From the NCBI GenBank assembly GCA_026936335.1, contig JAPMXV010000040.1, positions 1 through 64,000 on the forward strand: 64,000 nucleotides of DNA, in the 5' to 3' direction. Every line of letters begins with the position of its first letter. Positions within the stretch are counted from its first letter, which is position 1. The DNA comes from Mantamonas sphyraenae STR306 (lineage: Eukaryota > Protista > CRuMs). Under the pieces are notes generated by a model. The model was not told the origin of the DNA. It saw only the letters and a program-made list of their open reading frames with translations, and did not search any database. A program made the translations under genes and the position numbers. Of the stretch, positions 26,201-36,909 are shown one piece after another.

Positions 26201-28430
26201 GAGGAGAGCAAGCATCGATCACAGTGTGTGTGTGTGTGGGGGGGGGGGTTCTCAGATTGCATTTCACAGACGGCCGTTTTGCCGGAAATCCCGCTCCTTT
26301 TCAGCGCCCACTCTGCAAGTCCACTTTCCTGCGGTGCTCATTCTCCTCGTCCTGCTTCTCTCGCGCCACGTTCTCCGCCTCCAGCGCCATGCGCTCCCGT
26401 ACCTTGACAAACAGCGACGGCGTCGACATGTACGTCGTCACATACCCTTGCTGCCTCACAGACGCAAACTTGGCCTTCAGCTTGTCAAAGCTCACCTGCC
26501 GGTTCATCGTTCGGTCATCCGATCCAGCACTCGTGCTCTTGCGCATTGCACTCTTGGGCATCTCCAACCTCTTGTCCTTGCCTTTCTCCTTGCCCTTGCC
26601 CTTCACATCCCTCTCATCCTCCTCCTCCGCTTCAGTGTCCACCCCATCCTCATCTCCATCACGCTCATCCCCTTCATCCTCCTCTTCCTCCTCATCCGCC
26701 TCCACGTCCTCCATCGTCACTGTGATCGACGCTTCTCCCTGTGCCTCTTCCATCTCTTCCGCCATCGTCATGCCACGCACTTCGCCATCGTCGTCCACCT
26801 TGATCCCCTTCAGGTCATTGCGTTCCATGCGCTCAAAGCACTCGCGCTCCACACGCGACAGCTGGTTGCGCGTCTCCCGGCAGATCTGAATGTGGTTCAT
26901 CGGCGCTGATGACTCCAAGCGTGCCGCCATCACCACGGGAAACCCACCCACCTTCCAAAACCGCCGCTGCGATCCATACACCCCACTCACAACCTCGCCG
27001 TAGGCAATGCCGATGCGTGCACCCAGCATCGCCCCGGCATCCGCGTCCACGAGTTCTCCAGAGTCCATCGCTTCCACGCTGCTCTTCTCTGCCCACTCAA
27101 CCATCTCAATCGCGGCGTACACTGCTCGCTTGCACGCGTTGCGTCCCGTCGAGAACGCGAGCACACTGTCGCCTTCGTGGTCCACAACATCCAGCTTGTA
27201 CTTCTCTGCAATCTGATCCAGGGCCATGTACGTTTGCTTGTGGTGCATGTGAAGCTTGTCAAAGTCGTTGCGGTTGCTGTTTACCCAGCTCGTGTACCCC
27301 TTTTGGTCGAGAAGCAACACGGCGCCGCTCAGCACCTCGGGCTCTTCCAGGCTTGCGTTGTTGCTCCATGCCAGACGACGTGGCAGGGTGGCATTCAAAA
27401 TGTTCTGCTGTGCCTCCTGGTCTGTCACGTACTTGGTCGCGTCGAGGATGTTGCCGGCCAGCGTGTTTTCGTCCAGACGCCACACTGTCAGCTTGATTGG
27501 GAAGATGATGCCCTTGCCATCTGGTGTGCTGCGCTTGCCGTACTCAGCTCGCTCCTTGCCAATGATTTTACTCTCTCGGTCGGCAGCGTGGTCACGTCTG
27601 TACCTTCTGAGATGCCCGTCGTGCGCTCGCGACACCTCATCGGGCATGAGGTACTTGATGTTGTACTTGTTCTCCACCCAGTCCTCCACGTTGATCCCAA
27701 ACATGCGTCCCAGTACCTTGTTGCCTGCCAGGATTTGGCCCTGTGTGTTGACCATGATCTGGCCCACAAGCGAGTTGGTAAACACGTTGCGGTACACGGA
27801 TGCATCCTCGCGGAACGAGCTTGCCTCCTCCAGCGACTGAATCACAGCCACAAACACCTTGCTCGGCTCGGATGTGTCCTCCATCCCTGCCACGTTGGAC
27901 AACGGGTGGATTGCAATCGACGCCTTGAACTCCACATCCTCCCCGTTCACTCCGCGACGTACGGCACGTGTCACCATGGGCTCCTTGGCGTTGACGGTCT
28001 GCGACGGCGGAGCTTCACTCAGATGACGCCAACGCTGCATGTAGCGTTTGATGTAGCCGTCGTGGACTCCACGCAGCTTCTCCGGCATCAGAATCTTGAT
28101 GTCCTTGCCACGCACCTGCGTTTTCGTCATGCGGAACATGTTTTCAAAGCACTGGTTGACGTCGAGGATGCCAAGGTCGACGTGGTAGGTCAGAACGGCG
28201 TTTGTGATGGAATCCAGCACAACCCGTGCGAATCCCGCTTCCACTTGCAGATTCAACAGCTCGCAGCGCATTTCACTCATGTCCTCAATGCCGTCAATGT
28301 AACTCATGAGCTCCTGGGTGTCCACATACTTGACCAGCTTTGAGCCGACGCCGTTGATGCTGGTCCACGAGCTGGCGGTGCTCTGGCTCACAGCTCGCGA
28401 CAGTGTCGACGTAGTCGATGCACTCGAGTA
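23267..28430. repeat. Tandem duplication, about 23267-25499 and about 26188-28430
   Basis: Near-identical 2.2 kb blocks offset by 2931 nt over the coding part. Confidence 0.95.
23370..25892 (-). CDS. Soluble PAS-PAS-class III nucleotidyl cyclase, copy A
   Basis: Two FixL-like PAS motifs (ILMPEKLRGVHDGYIKRY; LMPDEASRAHDGHMRRY...IFPIKLTV) and cyclase motifs LLDQKGYT, EGDSVLA, RIGIAYGEVVSGVYG, AARLES. Confidence 0.9.
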   Translation of the reverse strand: MSSTYYSSEEEGSPKSRSTPQSERRRRKEPRNGGIFDDVSRSADSGHRSRSNGKHKSRKERNGKYARGSPPPRGDNGAEMEAWRENGKHKGKVREHSKHTTRSGEENGDISRQQEEAKAKPDWNDNASEHSYSSASTTSTLSRAVSQSTASSWTSINGVGSKLVKFVDTQELMSYLEGIEDMSEARSELLNLQVEAGFARVVLDSITNAVLTYHIDLGILDVNQCFENMFRMTKNFVRGKDIKILMPEKLRGVHDGYIKRYMQRWRHLSEAPPSQTVNAKEPMVTRAVRRGVNGEDVEFKASIAIHPLSNVAGMEDTSEPSKVFVAVIQSLEEASSFREDASVYRNVFTNSLVGQIMANTQGQILAGNKVLGRMFGINVEDWVENKYNIKYLMPDEASRAHDGHMRRYRRDHAADRESKILGKERAEYGKRSTPDGKGIIFPIKLTVWRLDENTLAGNILDATKYVTDQEAQQNILNATLPRRLAWSNNASLEEPEVLSGAVLLLDQKGYTSWVNSNRNDFDKLHMHHKLTYTALDQIAEKYKLDVVDHEGDSVLAFSTGRNACKRAVYAAIEMVEWAEKSSVEAMDSGELVDADAGAMLGARIGIAYGEVVSGVYGSQRRFWKVGGFPVVMAARLESSAPMNHIQICRETRNQLSRVERECFERMERNDLKGIKVDDDGEVRGMTMAEEMEEAQGEASITVTMEDVEADEEEEEDEGDERDGDEDGVDTEAEEEDERDVKGKGKEKGKDKRLEMPKSAMRKSTSVGSDDQTMNRQVSFDKLKAKFASVRQQGYVTTYMSTPSLFVKVRERMALEAENVAREKQDEENEHRRKVDLQSGR

Positions 28431-28823
28431 ACCCGCTTCGGTATCACTGTCATTTCCTGTGTCCACAGGTTGAGATTCTGCATACCCACTCGTGTCCAGG
28501 ACCTCGCGATGGGAGCTGTGCTCCTCGTCGACGGTTGTGAGCTTTTTCTTCGATTTGGTTGCAGAGCGGCGTTCCCGTTCTCTCCTGTAGCTGGTACGAG
28601 GCGATGTGGACGGCGATGAAGCGCCTGATTGCGATGGCGAGTTGTGGCGGGAGATGTCATTGGGTTGAACGTATCCAAAATCTCCGTGTGCGTCGACGAT
28701 GTCCGACGCGACGCTCTCGCTCCGGTTCGAGCGCCTTCCATTTTTGCGTTTCTCGCTGGAAGCGCTTGACTTGCGCGATCGACGGCGCTCCTCCTCGTCC
28801 GAGCTGTAGTACCGGCTTGACAT
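26301..28823 (-). CDS. Soluble PAS-PAS-class III nucleotidyl cyclase, copy B
   Basis: Same domains as copy A; different N-terminal ~130 aa; start inferred at MSSRYYSSDEEE. Confidence 0.9.
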   Translation of the reverse strand: MSSRYYSSDEEERRRSRKSSASSEKRKNGRRSNRSESVASDIVDAHGDFGYVQPNDISRHNSPSQSGASSPSTSPRTSYRRERERRSATKSKKKLTTVDEEHSSHREVLDTSGYAESQPVDTGNDSDTEAGYSSASTTSTLSRAVSQSTASSWTSINGVGSKLVKYVDTQELMSYIDGIEDMSEMRCELLNLQVEAGFARVVLDSITNAVLTYHVDLGILDVNQCFENMFRMTKTQVRGKDIKILMPEKLRGVHDGYIKRYMQRWRHLSEAPPSQTVNAKEPMVTRAVRRGVNGEDVEFKASIAIHPLSNVAGMEDTSEPSKVFVAVIQSLEEASSFREDASVYRNVFTNSLVGQIMVNTQGQILAGNKVLGRMFGINVEDWVENKYNIKYLMPDEVSRAHDGHLRRYRRDHAADRESKIIGKERAEYGKRSTPDGKGIIFPIKLTVWRLDENTLAGNILDATKYVTDQEAQQNILNATLPRRLAWSNNASLEEPEVLSGAVLLLDQKGYTSWVNSNRNDFDKLHMHHKQTYMALDQIAEKYKLDVVDHEGDSVLAFSTGRNACKRAVYAAIEMVEWAEKSSVEAMDSGELVDADAGAMLGARIGIAYGEVVSGVYGSQRRFWKVGGFPVVMAARLESSAPMNHIQICRETRNQLSRVERECFERMERNDLKGIKVDDDGEVRGMTMAEEMEEAQGEASITVTMEDVEADEEEEEDEGDERDGDEDGVDTEAEEEDERDVKGKGKEKGKDKRLEMPKSAMRKSTSAGSDDRTMNRQVSFDKLKAKFASVRQQGYVTTYMSTPSLFVKVRERMALEAENVAREKQDEENEHRRKVDLQSGR

Positions 28824-29241
28824 GAATGTTCGATGTGTTCTGTGGTGGGTGGTGGTGCATCCTGACGGGGTCAGTGGCCGAACGGTACACTTTGGCCGGA
28901 AACACACGGAACCCTGGACGGTGCTCTGGTGACGGTCCCGTCTCAATCTGGTTCCCACCCTCCTGCGGGTGGGTTTGACGCGTTCGACGATGAATGGGTG
29001 TGGGGAACCGCTTCAAGCATGCAAAGGATGCATATGGTGCCTTTGTGAACGTCGTGCATGTGGTGGTGGCAACGTACCGGGATGCGCGGAAATCGATCGG
29101 GTTGGTTTGCGGAGCGCGATTTTGCCCTTTCTTCTTCACGCTGCTCCTCGCACTCCAGCTCTGACGCAGCTATGTGCTCCACACAGTCGCAGACCAACCC
29201 CTTCAATCCATCGCACTCCAATGCAACCAACGCAACCTGTG

Positions 29242-30428
29242 ATGTTCGCTCGACCCACACGCTCCGTTGCCTCGTCGGCCAGCTCAGTTTCTGGCGCAGT
29301 CGTGTGTGCTCACATGCCCACTCGCGCATTTTCAGAGAGTTCAGCAACTCCACGCGTGCCCACAGTCACCCTCAACGACGGAAACGAGATGCCGCAGCTC
29401 GGACTGGGGCTTTGGAAGGTCCCCGCCAAGAAAGCTGAGCAAGTGGTTCTCGATGCAGTGCATGCTGGCTACCGCCACTTTGACAGGTAAACCACCCACA
29501 ATGCTCTGCAGGTCACTGCAACAGCCCCGGTCCTTTGCACACGACCCGAAGAACCGGCGACTTTCCCCCCGGACTGCTTGTCTGCGGCTCGTGCTCACAC
29601 ACCCAGCGCAGTGCAAAGGTATACCAAACACAGCCGTACGTAGGTGAGGCGTTTAAGCAGGTGACAAGCAACAGCAAGGCTTCCGACGCCACGCTCAGTC
29701 GGGAGGAGCTCTTTGTCACGGACAAGCTGTGGAACACCGATCACGGCACAGGAAACGTCTCCCGCGCCTGCGAAGACACCCTTCACGAGCTCCAGCTGCC
29801 CTACCTCGATTTGTACCTGGTGCACTATCCGTTTGCCTTCAAGCCCGGCCGTGGCCTCATGCCTGTGAACAAGAACACCAAGCAGGTGGAGTTTGCCGAC
29901 GTGGCTATTGAAGAGACTTGGGAGGAGATGGAGACCCTTGTGCGCTCGGGACTCACAAAGAGCATCGGCGTGTGCAACTTCAACGTCGACATGCTCACCC
30001 GCATCATCGAGAACGGATCCATTAAGCCGGCGGTGTGCCAGATCGAGGTCCACCCTTACTACCAGAATCGCAAGATTGTCGAGTTTTGCATTGCGCACGA
30101 CATTGTGGTCACAGGTTACTCTCCACTGGGCAGTCCGCCATCCAACCTGCCTCAGGAGCCGGGGAAGAAGCCCCATGTGCTCGCTGACGAAAATGTGGCT
30201 GCCATCGCCGCCATGCACAGCAAAACAAGTGCGCAGGTGCTTCTGCGCTGGCAGATCCAGAGCGGATACGTCACCATCCCCAAGACCAGCAACCCCGACC
30301 GAATGCGCGAGAACATGGACATCTTTGATTTCGAACTCTCCGAACAGGAAATGGCCAGCATCAACGCACTCGAACAGGGGATCAAGGTAGTGGAACCACC
30401 ATTTGCCAAGGGTACCAACTGGCTGTGA
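29242..30428 (+). CDS. Aldo-keto reductase; intron 29487-29611
   Basis: VTLNDGNEMPQLGLGLW, GYRHFD|SAKVY, LFVTDKLWN, YLDLYLVHYP, KSIGVCNF, IPKT. Ser/Arg/Ala-rich leader may be a targeting peptide, so the start is uncertain. Confidence 0.93.
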
Positions 30429-30516
30429 GGGTGAAAGGCAATGAGAATGGTGAACGAGGCAGACCTCGCCTCGTCGTCGTCTCCGAACAACCAACGCCCA
30501 GCCCAGAGCACGTCTT

Positions 30517-31087
30517 TCATCCGGGTCCCACTTTGGGAATGTCGTGGATCTCCGACAATGAATCCAGGTACTTGTTGAACTGATTCACCTGCTCTCCATG
30601 AGACGTCGAGGCCATCTTTTCAATCACCTCCTTCTCCTTGCTCTGTTTCCACCTTTCCTCAAATGCCAACTGTGCCTTGGTCTTTGTCACCACCTGTACA
30701 ATCTCCTGCTCGCCTCCCTCTTGCTGTTGCTTCTGCTCCTGCACGGCCTGCTTTGCTGCCTCCTTCAGCAGCTTCTTCTTCTTCTTCCGCTTCTTCCGCT
30801 GTGCTTTGGCGTCGCTGTGGTGCAATTCAGCGTCAATAGTGTGGTTCATTCAAGGACACACGTGACACGTGCACTCAAAGCAAAGGGTGTACAGTGAAAA
30901 GTCGCGTCCTGAGCCTCGTTCTGTCGCCACAGGGAGGCTAAACGAATGGGCGGCGCGCTTTCCACCGATTGTCTTTACACCCTGTTCGGAGGCTCCGTGG
31001 TTCAGCCAGCCCAACCCACCTTGTGTCCAGGCTGATGCCCCCCTTTAACTTGAGCTTGCCACGCACCACGTTCTCATAGCTGGACAT
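30517..31087 (-). CDS. FAM32A: FAM32A/DUF1754 family protein; intron 30815-31019
   Basis: YENVVRGKLKLKG, TKAQLAFE, SHGEQVNQFNKYLDSLSEIHDIPKVGPG. Confidence 0.9.
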
Positions 31088-31178
31088 GTGTGCAGAGTTG
31101 GCGTGGCACCGTGGTCGCAAACCAGTTCCTGCATTTGTCAACCACCATCCATCCTTTCTTCATACAACATTGAACACC

Positions 31179-32468
31179 CTAAGCGCCTGCTCGTTTAATT
31201 TCCAGCTGTGTGGGGAAGAGCAGAGCGAGCTGCTTGAAAAAGTCGTGTTCTCCTTGAACATCTTCGCCGGAGGATTGGTGTCGTGTTTCCCAGTCCAAGT
31301 TGACAAAGGCAGGATCGTAGTATGTGTAGTATGAGTACGCGCGTGTGTGCTCCTGCACGTCCTGGAAGCCATACAGGCTGATGTGGCCGCAGACAGAGGT
31401 GGCAAATAGGAAGCCGATGACGCCACTGGTGGGCGAGAAGCCGTGGAATTCTGGATTGAATGAACTGACACACTCGATGGGACGTCGGGCAAGCGAGTCC
31501 AGGGACAGATAGGCCACTTTGTCCTGCAGGTTGCGAGCAAGGACGGCGTCCAAACCACGCTGGAATTTGGCCCAATCAGAGCTCAGTGCACGCGAAGCAA
31601 CGTACTCGGTGTCGTCGAGATAGGACTGGGGTGGGTTGAGTCGTGTCTCGTTCATGCTGGATGTGCTTACCCCGAGAGCCCAGTTCAAGTCGGTGGTGGT
31701 CATGAAGCGCACTGTTGTCTTGACACCCACGTGTTTTTCGTACCCATGAGTAGGTCCCACATTGAAGCGAAACACGGCGTCGTGTCCGTCTATTTCATCG
31801 CCATCGTCGTAGGCAAGCATGAGACCCGAGTTTGCAACCACAGCACACCGAGGCCACCGCTTGCTGGCCAACTGCTCAGCTGCCCCTGCAGCCACACGTG
31901 CCATTTTGCCGTCATAGAAGAGCTGGGCACGACCGTATGCCTGGTACCCGTCCTTGGACACCACATGGACGTCCCCAAGGTGGGAGGGATCGGAAGGCTG
32001 TCTCGTCCGGGTATACCATTTCGGGTCACGCTCTATACACGACTGTTGCACCAGATAGCACATTGGGCGGGGGCACATCACCTCCAGCACACTTTCCATG
32101 GCACTGGGAGAGCCAGGGGTCATGGGTAGGTCCTTGGACGCCGTGGAGGAGGCCAGTGCAGCAAGTTGGTCCGGGGGCAACTGGGCATTCACAGACTCGA
32201 GCAGAATGCGTGTCTGCGTCGCCAACTGACGCAATTGAACAAAAGAACGCTTGTTCAGGTCAGCAGGCGGACTGTCGGCCTGTTGAGAGAAGGAGGGAGG
32301 TGGAGTGGGCATCGTGGGAGTGGGACAGGCACTGTTGCGCACACCTGCCTGCACACAAGACTCTGGACATTGTGAGTGCTCGCTGTGGTGTCCCGTCCAC
32401 GTATAGACGGCCACCACAGAGAGGCAGCTCAGGAGGCACAGTGCAGCCACAGGGCGGGTCCACGCCAT
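31179..32468 (-). CDS. Sialyltransferase-like protein (GT29)
   Basis: N-terminal TM; sialylmotif L RCAVVANSG...EIDGHDAVFRFN...VGVKTT; motif S PTSGVIG...CGHISLYGF; motif III YTYYD. Confidence 0.92.
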   Translation of the reverse strand: MAWTRPVAALCLLSCLSVVAVYTWTGHHSEHSQCPESCVQAGVRNSACPTPTMPTPPPSFSQQADSPPADLNKRSFVQLRQLATQTRILLESVNAQLPPDQLAALASSTASKDLPMTPGSPSAMESVLEVMCPRPMCYLVQQSCIERDPKWYTRTRQPSDPSHLGDVHVVSKDGYQAYGRAQLFYDGKMARVAAGAAEQLASKRWPRCAVVANSGLMLAYDDGDEIDGHDAVFRFNVGPTHGYEKHVGVKTTVRFMTTTDLNWALGVSTSSMNETRLNPPQSYLDDTEYVASRALSSDWAKFQRGLDAVLARNLQDKVAYLSLDSLARRPIECVSSFNPEFHGFSPTSGVIGFLFATSVCGHISLYGFQDVQEHTRAYSYYTYYDPAFVNLDWETRHQSSGEDVQGEHDFFKQLALLFPTQLEIKRAGA

Positions 32469-32570
32469 ACAAGGAGGAGGGCTTTTGGTTGGGTGGGACC
32501 ACGAGTGGTGTTCTTCTGAACACCCGCATAAGAAACCAACACAATCAATATGGTTGTGGTTTTGTGCACG

Positions 32571-32606
<36 letters not shown>

Positions 32607-32669
32607 GACTTGCCCTCGGTCCCCCACCCCCACCCAACTCAATCCACTCCACCCACACCCACACAAAGC

Positions 32670-35380
32670 ATGGGAGGAAACCTGTCGAAACTGGAGAACG
32701 GAGAGGCACAGGCGCTGTTGGATGCCTACCGGGAGCGACTGGGCGAGCTGCTGGAGGCGGCGGGAAAGACGGCCAAGGTGGATCGCAAGAACATCGAGTC
32801 GCAGGTGCACAAACGACTCAAGAGCGTTGCCAAAGACACGTCCTTGTTCGGCGTGGATCTGACGGGAGTGTTTCTTGGCGATTTGCCCGCAATGGCGTTG
32901 GTGGAGGTGTTGAACACGACGCCCGGGGCGGCGGGACTGATTCTGGAGTCGACCAACGTGTCTGCGCAGACGGTGCAGTCGCTGGCAGAGATGATTACGG
33001 TGACGGAAACACTGCAGGAAATCAACGTGTCTCACAACAACCTGGGCACCAACGCAGTGGCATTGCTGGCCGATGCGCTGCGCAACAACCACAGCGTGAA
33101 AACGGTCAAGGTGGCCGACGTGTTTGCAGGCGACGAGGGCTGCAAAGCCATGGCCAAACTGCTGGGCCACAACCGCACCGTGACACACCTGGACTTGTCA
33201 TCCAACGGCATCGCCGACCTGGAGCCTCTGCACACGGTGCTGATGGGAGACGAGCCGGCCAACAACACACTTGCCTACCTGAACCTGGACGACAATCCAA
33301 ACTCGGGTGTGGAGGAGCTGTACGAACGCGTGGCACGCAATGCTGCCATCCAAGATGTGCTGGACGTGCTGGTGGGTGCATGTAGGGTGCGCCGCTTCAA
33401 GAAGCGTATTGCCAAGGCAGACACGTTTCGTGTGAAGCAAAAGGCTCAGCGAGGCACTGTGGACCAGGTGTTTGGTGCGGGCGCCTCCTCCTCCTCCTCG
33501 TCTTCGTCGTCCTCAGCCACAAGCATGTCTGTACCCGCCGAAGCACTGGACGACACGTTGGTAACGGTAGGTGGCTGTGCAATGGGCACTGTTGTTTGCA
33601 TGCTGCGTGAGTGCATGGCCCGAGGTGCTGGCCGAAATAGCCGTGGGATGCTTTCACTGCAGGATCTGCCCTCCCAACCGACGCTGCGCAAGACCCGCGC
33701 CGCTGCAAGCATTGCATGCGGCTGCAGTGTGAGGCAGCACAGTGCACAATGGTGATGTGGTTTGCACATGCACGTGCGAGAAGCATGCCCAGAGGAGGGT
33801 GACGAGGGTGGAACGGGACTTGGGGAAAAGAGGGGAAACTCACGCACACGCACACACACACTCTGCGTGCACGGACGACACACCTGCACACACCTGCACA
33901 CGCACACCCAAACACACACACACACACACACACACACGAACACACACAGAACGAGTCGGATCGCTTTTCGTACGGCCATGCCGATATGCAAGGCAAGAGG
34001 CAGCGCATGGAAGACCAGATGACGGGTTTGGGCAATTGGACGGGCAAGTCGACGTGGGACCTGTTTGCAGTGTTTGATGGCCACGGCAGCCGTGAACCAG
34101 CAGTGTTTGCATCGGTGGTGCTGCCTCGGTACCTGAGTGCAGCCCTGATGGAAGGGGGCCTGGAGGAAGAGACGGGCGAACCACTGGAAGTGCAAGGGGC
34201 GCTGCTGAAAGCATACAAGCGCACCAACAACGACATGACGGTGTGGTGCAGTTACAAGGGCACCACAGCAGCTGTGGCTATGATTATCAACAACACGCTG
34301 TATGTGAGCAACATTGGCGACTCGCGGGTGATTCTCTACCGTGGCAGCGATGCATTCCGCATGACCGTGGACCATAAGCCCAACCTGCCCGAGGAGAAGA
34401 AGCGTATCGAGAATCTGGGAGGCCGCGTGCAGGACAATCGCATCAACGGTGCCCTGGCAGTGTCCCGTGCCTTTGGTGACAGTTTCCTGGACCCATGTGT
34501 CAGCTGCGAACCGCACATCTGCATGACAAAGCTGCAGCCCGAGGATCAGTTTCTCATCCTGGCGTGTGATGGTGTGTGGGATGTGATCAGTGACGTGGAG
34601 GCCGCACGTATGGTGCGTGATGTGCCCGATCCACAAGAGGCGGCGGAGAAACTGCGCAACGAGGCCTATCGTAAGGGCTCCCTGGACAACATCTCTGTCA
34701 TGGTGGTCAATTTGCGTGAGTACGCAGCGACACTCAAGGCGACGCCTGTGGTTGTGGAGCATCCAGCGGATGAGGATCCTCAAGAGGACAAAGAAGGAGT
34801 CAACGATGACGATGTTGCAGAGGATGAAGTCAGTGTGGATGCAGGTGATGATGAGGACGACATGGAGGTGGATGGTGGGGCACAAGGTGAAGCCGTCGTG
34901 ACGCCCGAGCAGGGTGAGGCAGAGGAGTCTGCTGCTGCGGAGGAAGAACCAGCTCAAGAGGATGAACCAGCTCAAGAGGATGAACCAGCTCAGGAGGATG
35001 AACCAGCTCAGGAGGAAGAACCAGCTCAGGAGGAAGAACCAGCTCAAGAGGATGAACCAGCTCAGGAGGAAGAACCAGCTCAGGAGGAAGAACCAGCTCA
35101 GGAGGAAGAACCAGCTCAGGAGGACGAACCAGCTCAGGAGGACGAACCAGCTCAGGAGGAAGAACCTGCTCAGGAGGACGAACCAGCTCAGGAGGAAGAA
35201 CCAGCTCAGGAGGAACAACCTGAAGAGGAGGAATCAGAGGAAGCCGAAGAGGAGGATGAACCCCAGACAGAAGCACAACCAACGGCACAAGATGAAGCAC
35301 AATCGCAGGACACAGCTACTGCAGAGGGAGAGTCGGTGACAGGGGCAGAGACAGAAGCAGAGACAAAAGAAAGCGATTGA
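32670..35380 (+). CDS. LRR (RNI-like) plus PP2C protein phosphatase with acidic repeat tail; introns about 33561-33662 and 33729-33949
   Basis: MGGNLSK start; LRRs (LQEINVSHNNLG, THLDLSSNGI); PP2C motifs RQRMED, DGHG, NIGDSR, DHKP, SRAFGD, ILACDGVWD, DNISV. The splice joining the two ORFs is in frame. Confidence 0.82.
34940..35209 (+). repeat. Coding minisatellite, 15 x 18 bp, encoding (E[E/D]EPAQ)15
   Basis: GAGGA(A/T/C)GAACC(A/T)GCTCA(A/G) repeated. Confidence 0.95.
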
Positions 35381-35420
35381 GTTTGTTTGTCCGCAACGAC
35401 CGAACATTCGATGATCACGC

Positions 35421-36843
35421 TCAAGCATCTTGCAGGAAGCCGCTGAGCCAGGTGAAGCCCTCCTGGAAGCCCATTTCGTTGGCGATGCTGCACATGTACA
35501 CCTCCACGGGACGTCCGGAACTCTTGCTGGAGCTGTCGCCCTGGCCCGTGGGGATGACCTTGAGTGCCTCGATAAGACGGTCACGCGACACGGCGCCGTC
35601 CAGATCGATCTTGTTACCCAGAATGAGCACGGGCACAGACTCGTCCAGATCGCCACTCGTCAGCAGCTTGGTCAGCTCCGTCGACGATTCCTCGAAGCGC
35701 TCCTCCTCCGCTGCATCCACAAGATACACAATGGCGTCGGCCTGAGCGTAGTACTCCGTCCACAGGCGGCGAGCTGTACTCCGTTGCGTGTTGTCTGTGT
35801 CAGTGCATCTGTTCATCGCAAACATAGCCCCGCTGCCGTTGCACCCACCAACCTACCGTTCTTGTGTCCTCCCAGATCCCACGCGGTGAACTGAATCTTG
35901 CCCACGGTCAGCTCCTCAGCAGCTGTGGATTTGACATCAGTCAGTTGGTCAGTTGGTCAGTCAGTGAGCCACAAACCCCAGCGGGGATCACTTCCTCACG
36001 GAAATCCAAAACCTACTCGGGTTCTGTGTCGGCAGCGACTCCTTCACGCTCTCGTTCTTCAGCATGCCTGTGGGTGTGGGTGTGGTGTGCGTGTCCACGA
36101 CAACTGCGAGTCAATATGTGCCCCCACACGCGCGCAGAGACGACGCTCGCAGCGCGCAGAAAGGATCAATTGCGCTTTCCGCCTGCCGCCGACTCCTTGT
36201 TTTGCCTCTTACCCATCAGCGTGGTCTTTCTGTGCTCCCACAAACACGTTCAATGTCAGTCTACATGTTCACGGTTCCGCCCTGACCACGCGCTGGCCAC
36301 ACACAACCTACCCAGCATTGTCCAGACCCAGCAACAGAATGGTGCCGCTCTTGTTGTACAGACCTGTGCACACGCACAAACACCGTGTGAGCGACCCACA
36401 CCTTTGCACATGAAAATGCCACACTCCTCCCAGTCTTTATCGACATCAGTGTCACATTCTACAATGCAACACATGGCCCATAACTGCCTGCATCTCGCCT
36501 ATTGGCCTGCAGCCTCAAGGACTTTCGCGCGAATTGCCAACCGCCTTGACGTCATCGCACGCGCACAGTCACCATGCACACCCTATCACACATCTCCATC
36601 ACATACCCAGCCAGCTCAGGATGCCCAGAAACCAGTCGACGATAAACTGTATCGATGGTGGTTTGTGTCAGCCTTCTACACGCTTGTAAACACCGTGCCC
36701 TCCCTCCCCTTGCCATTCCTCCGCCACCAGCACATGATACCGTGGTTCAAACACTTGTGCTGTGTGATCACCCGCATCTACTGCCACCATGTCTTCCAAG
36801 TCACATCCGCCCCTTCCCCACATGCTGCCGTGGCCCTTACCAT
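35421..36843 (-). CDS. SAR1: Sar1 small GTPase, 7 coding exons
   Basis: Reconstructed M|FIVDWFLGILSWLG|LYNKSGTILLLGLDNAG|KTTLMG|MLKNE...PTQNP|TAEELTVGKIQFTAWDLGGHKN|ARRLW...LGNKID...RPVEVYMCSI...FTWLS; all introns GT-AG. Confidence 0.92.
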
Positions 36844-36909
36844 GTTCTTTGTTCGTGTCTTTCCGTGGTGGAGCCGCCGCTGTGCGCCCACGCACGCAAG
36901 AACCGATGC

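Noticed and set aside
31179-33188. 669 aa ORF as the full sialyltransferase
   Set aside because: The upstream part is antisense to the LRR gene and crosses a (GT)n tract; the type II membrane start at 32468 fits better.
34940-35209. CRISPR-like array
   Set aside because: Head-to-tail 18-bp coding repeat with no spacers and no cas genes, in a eukaryotic context.
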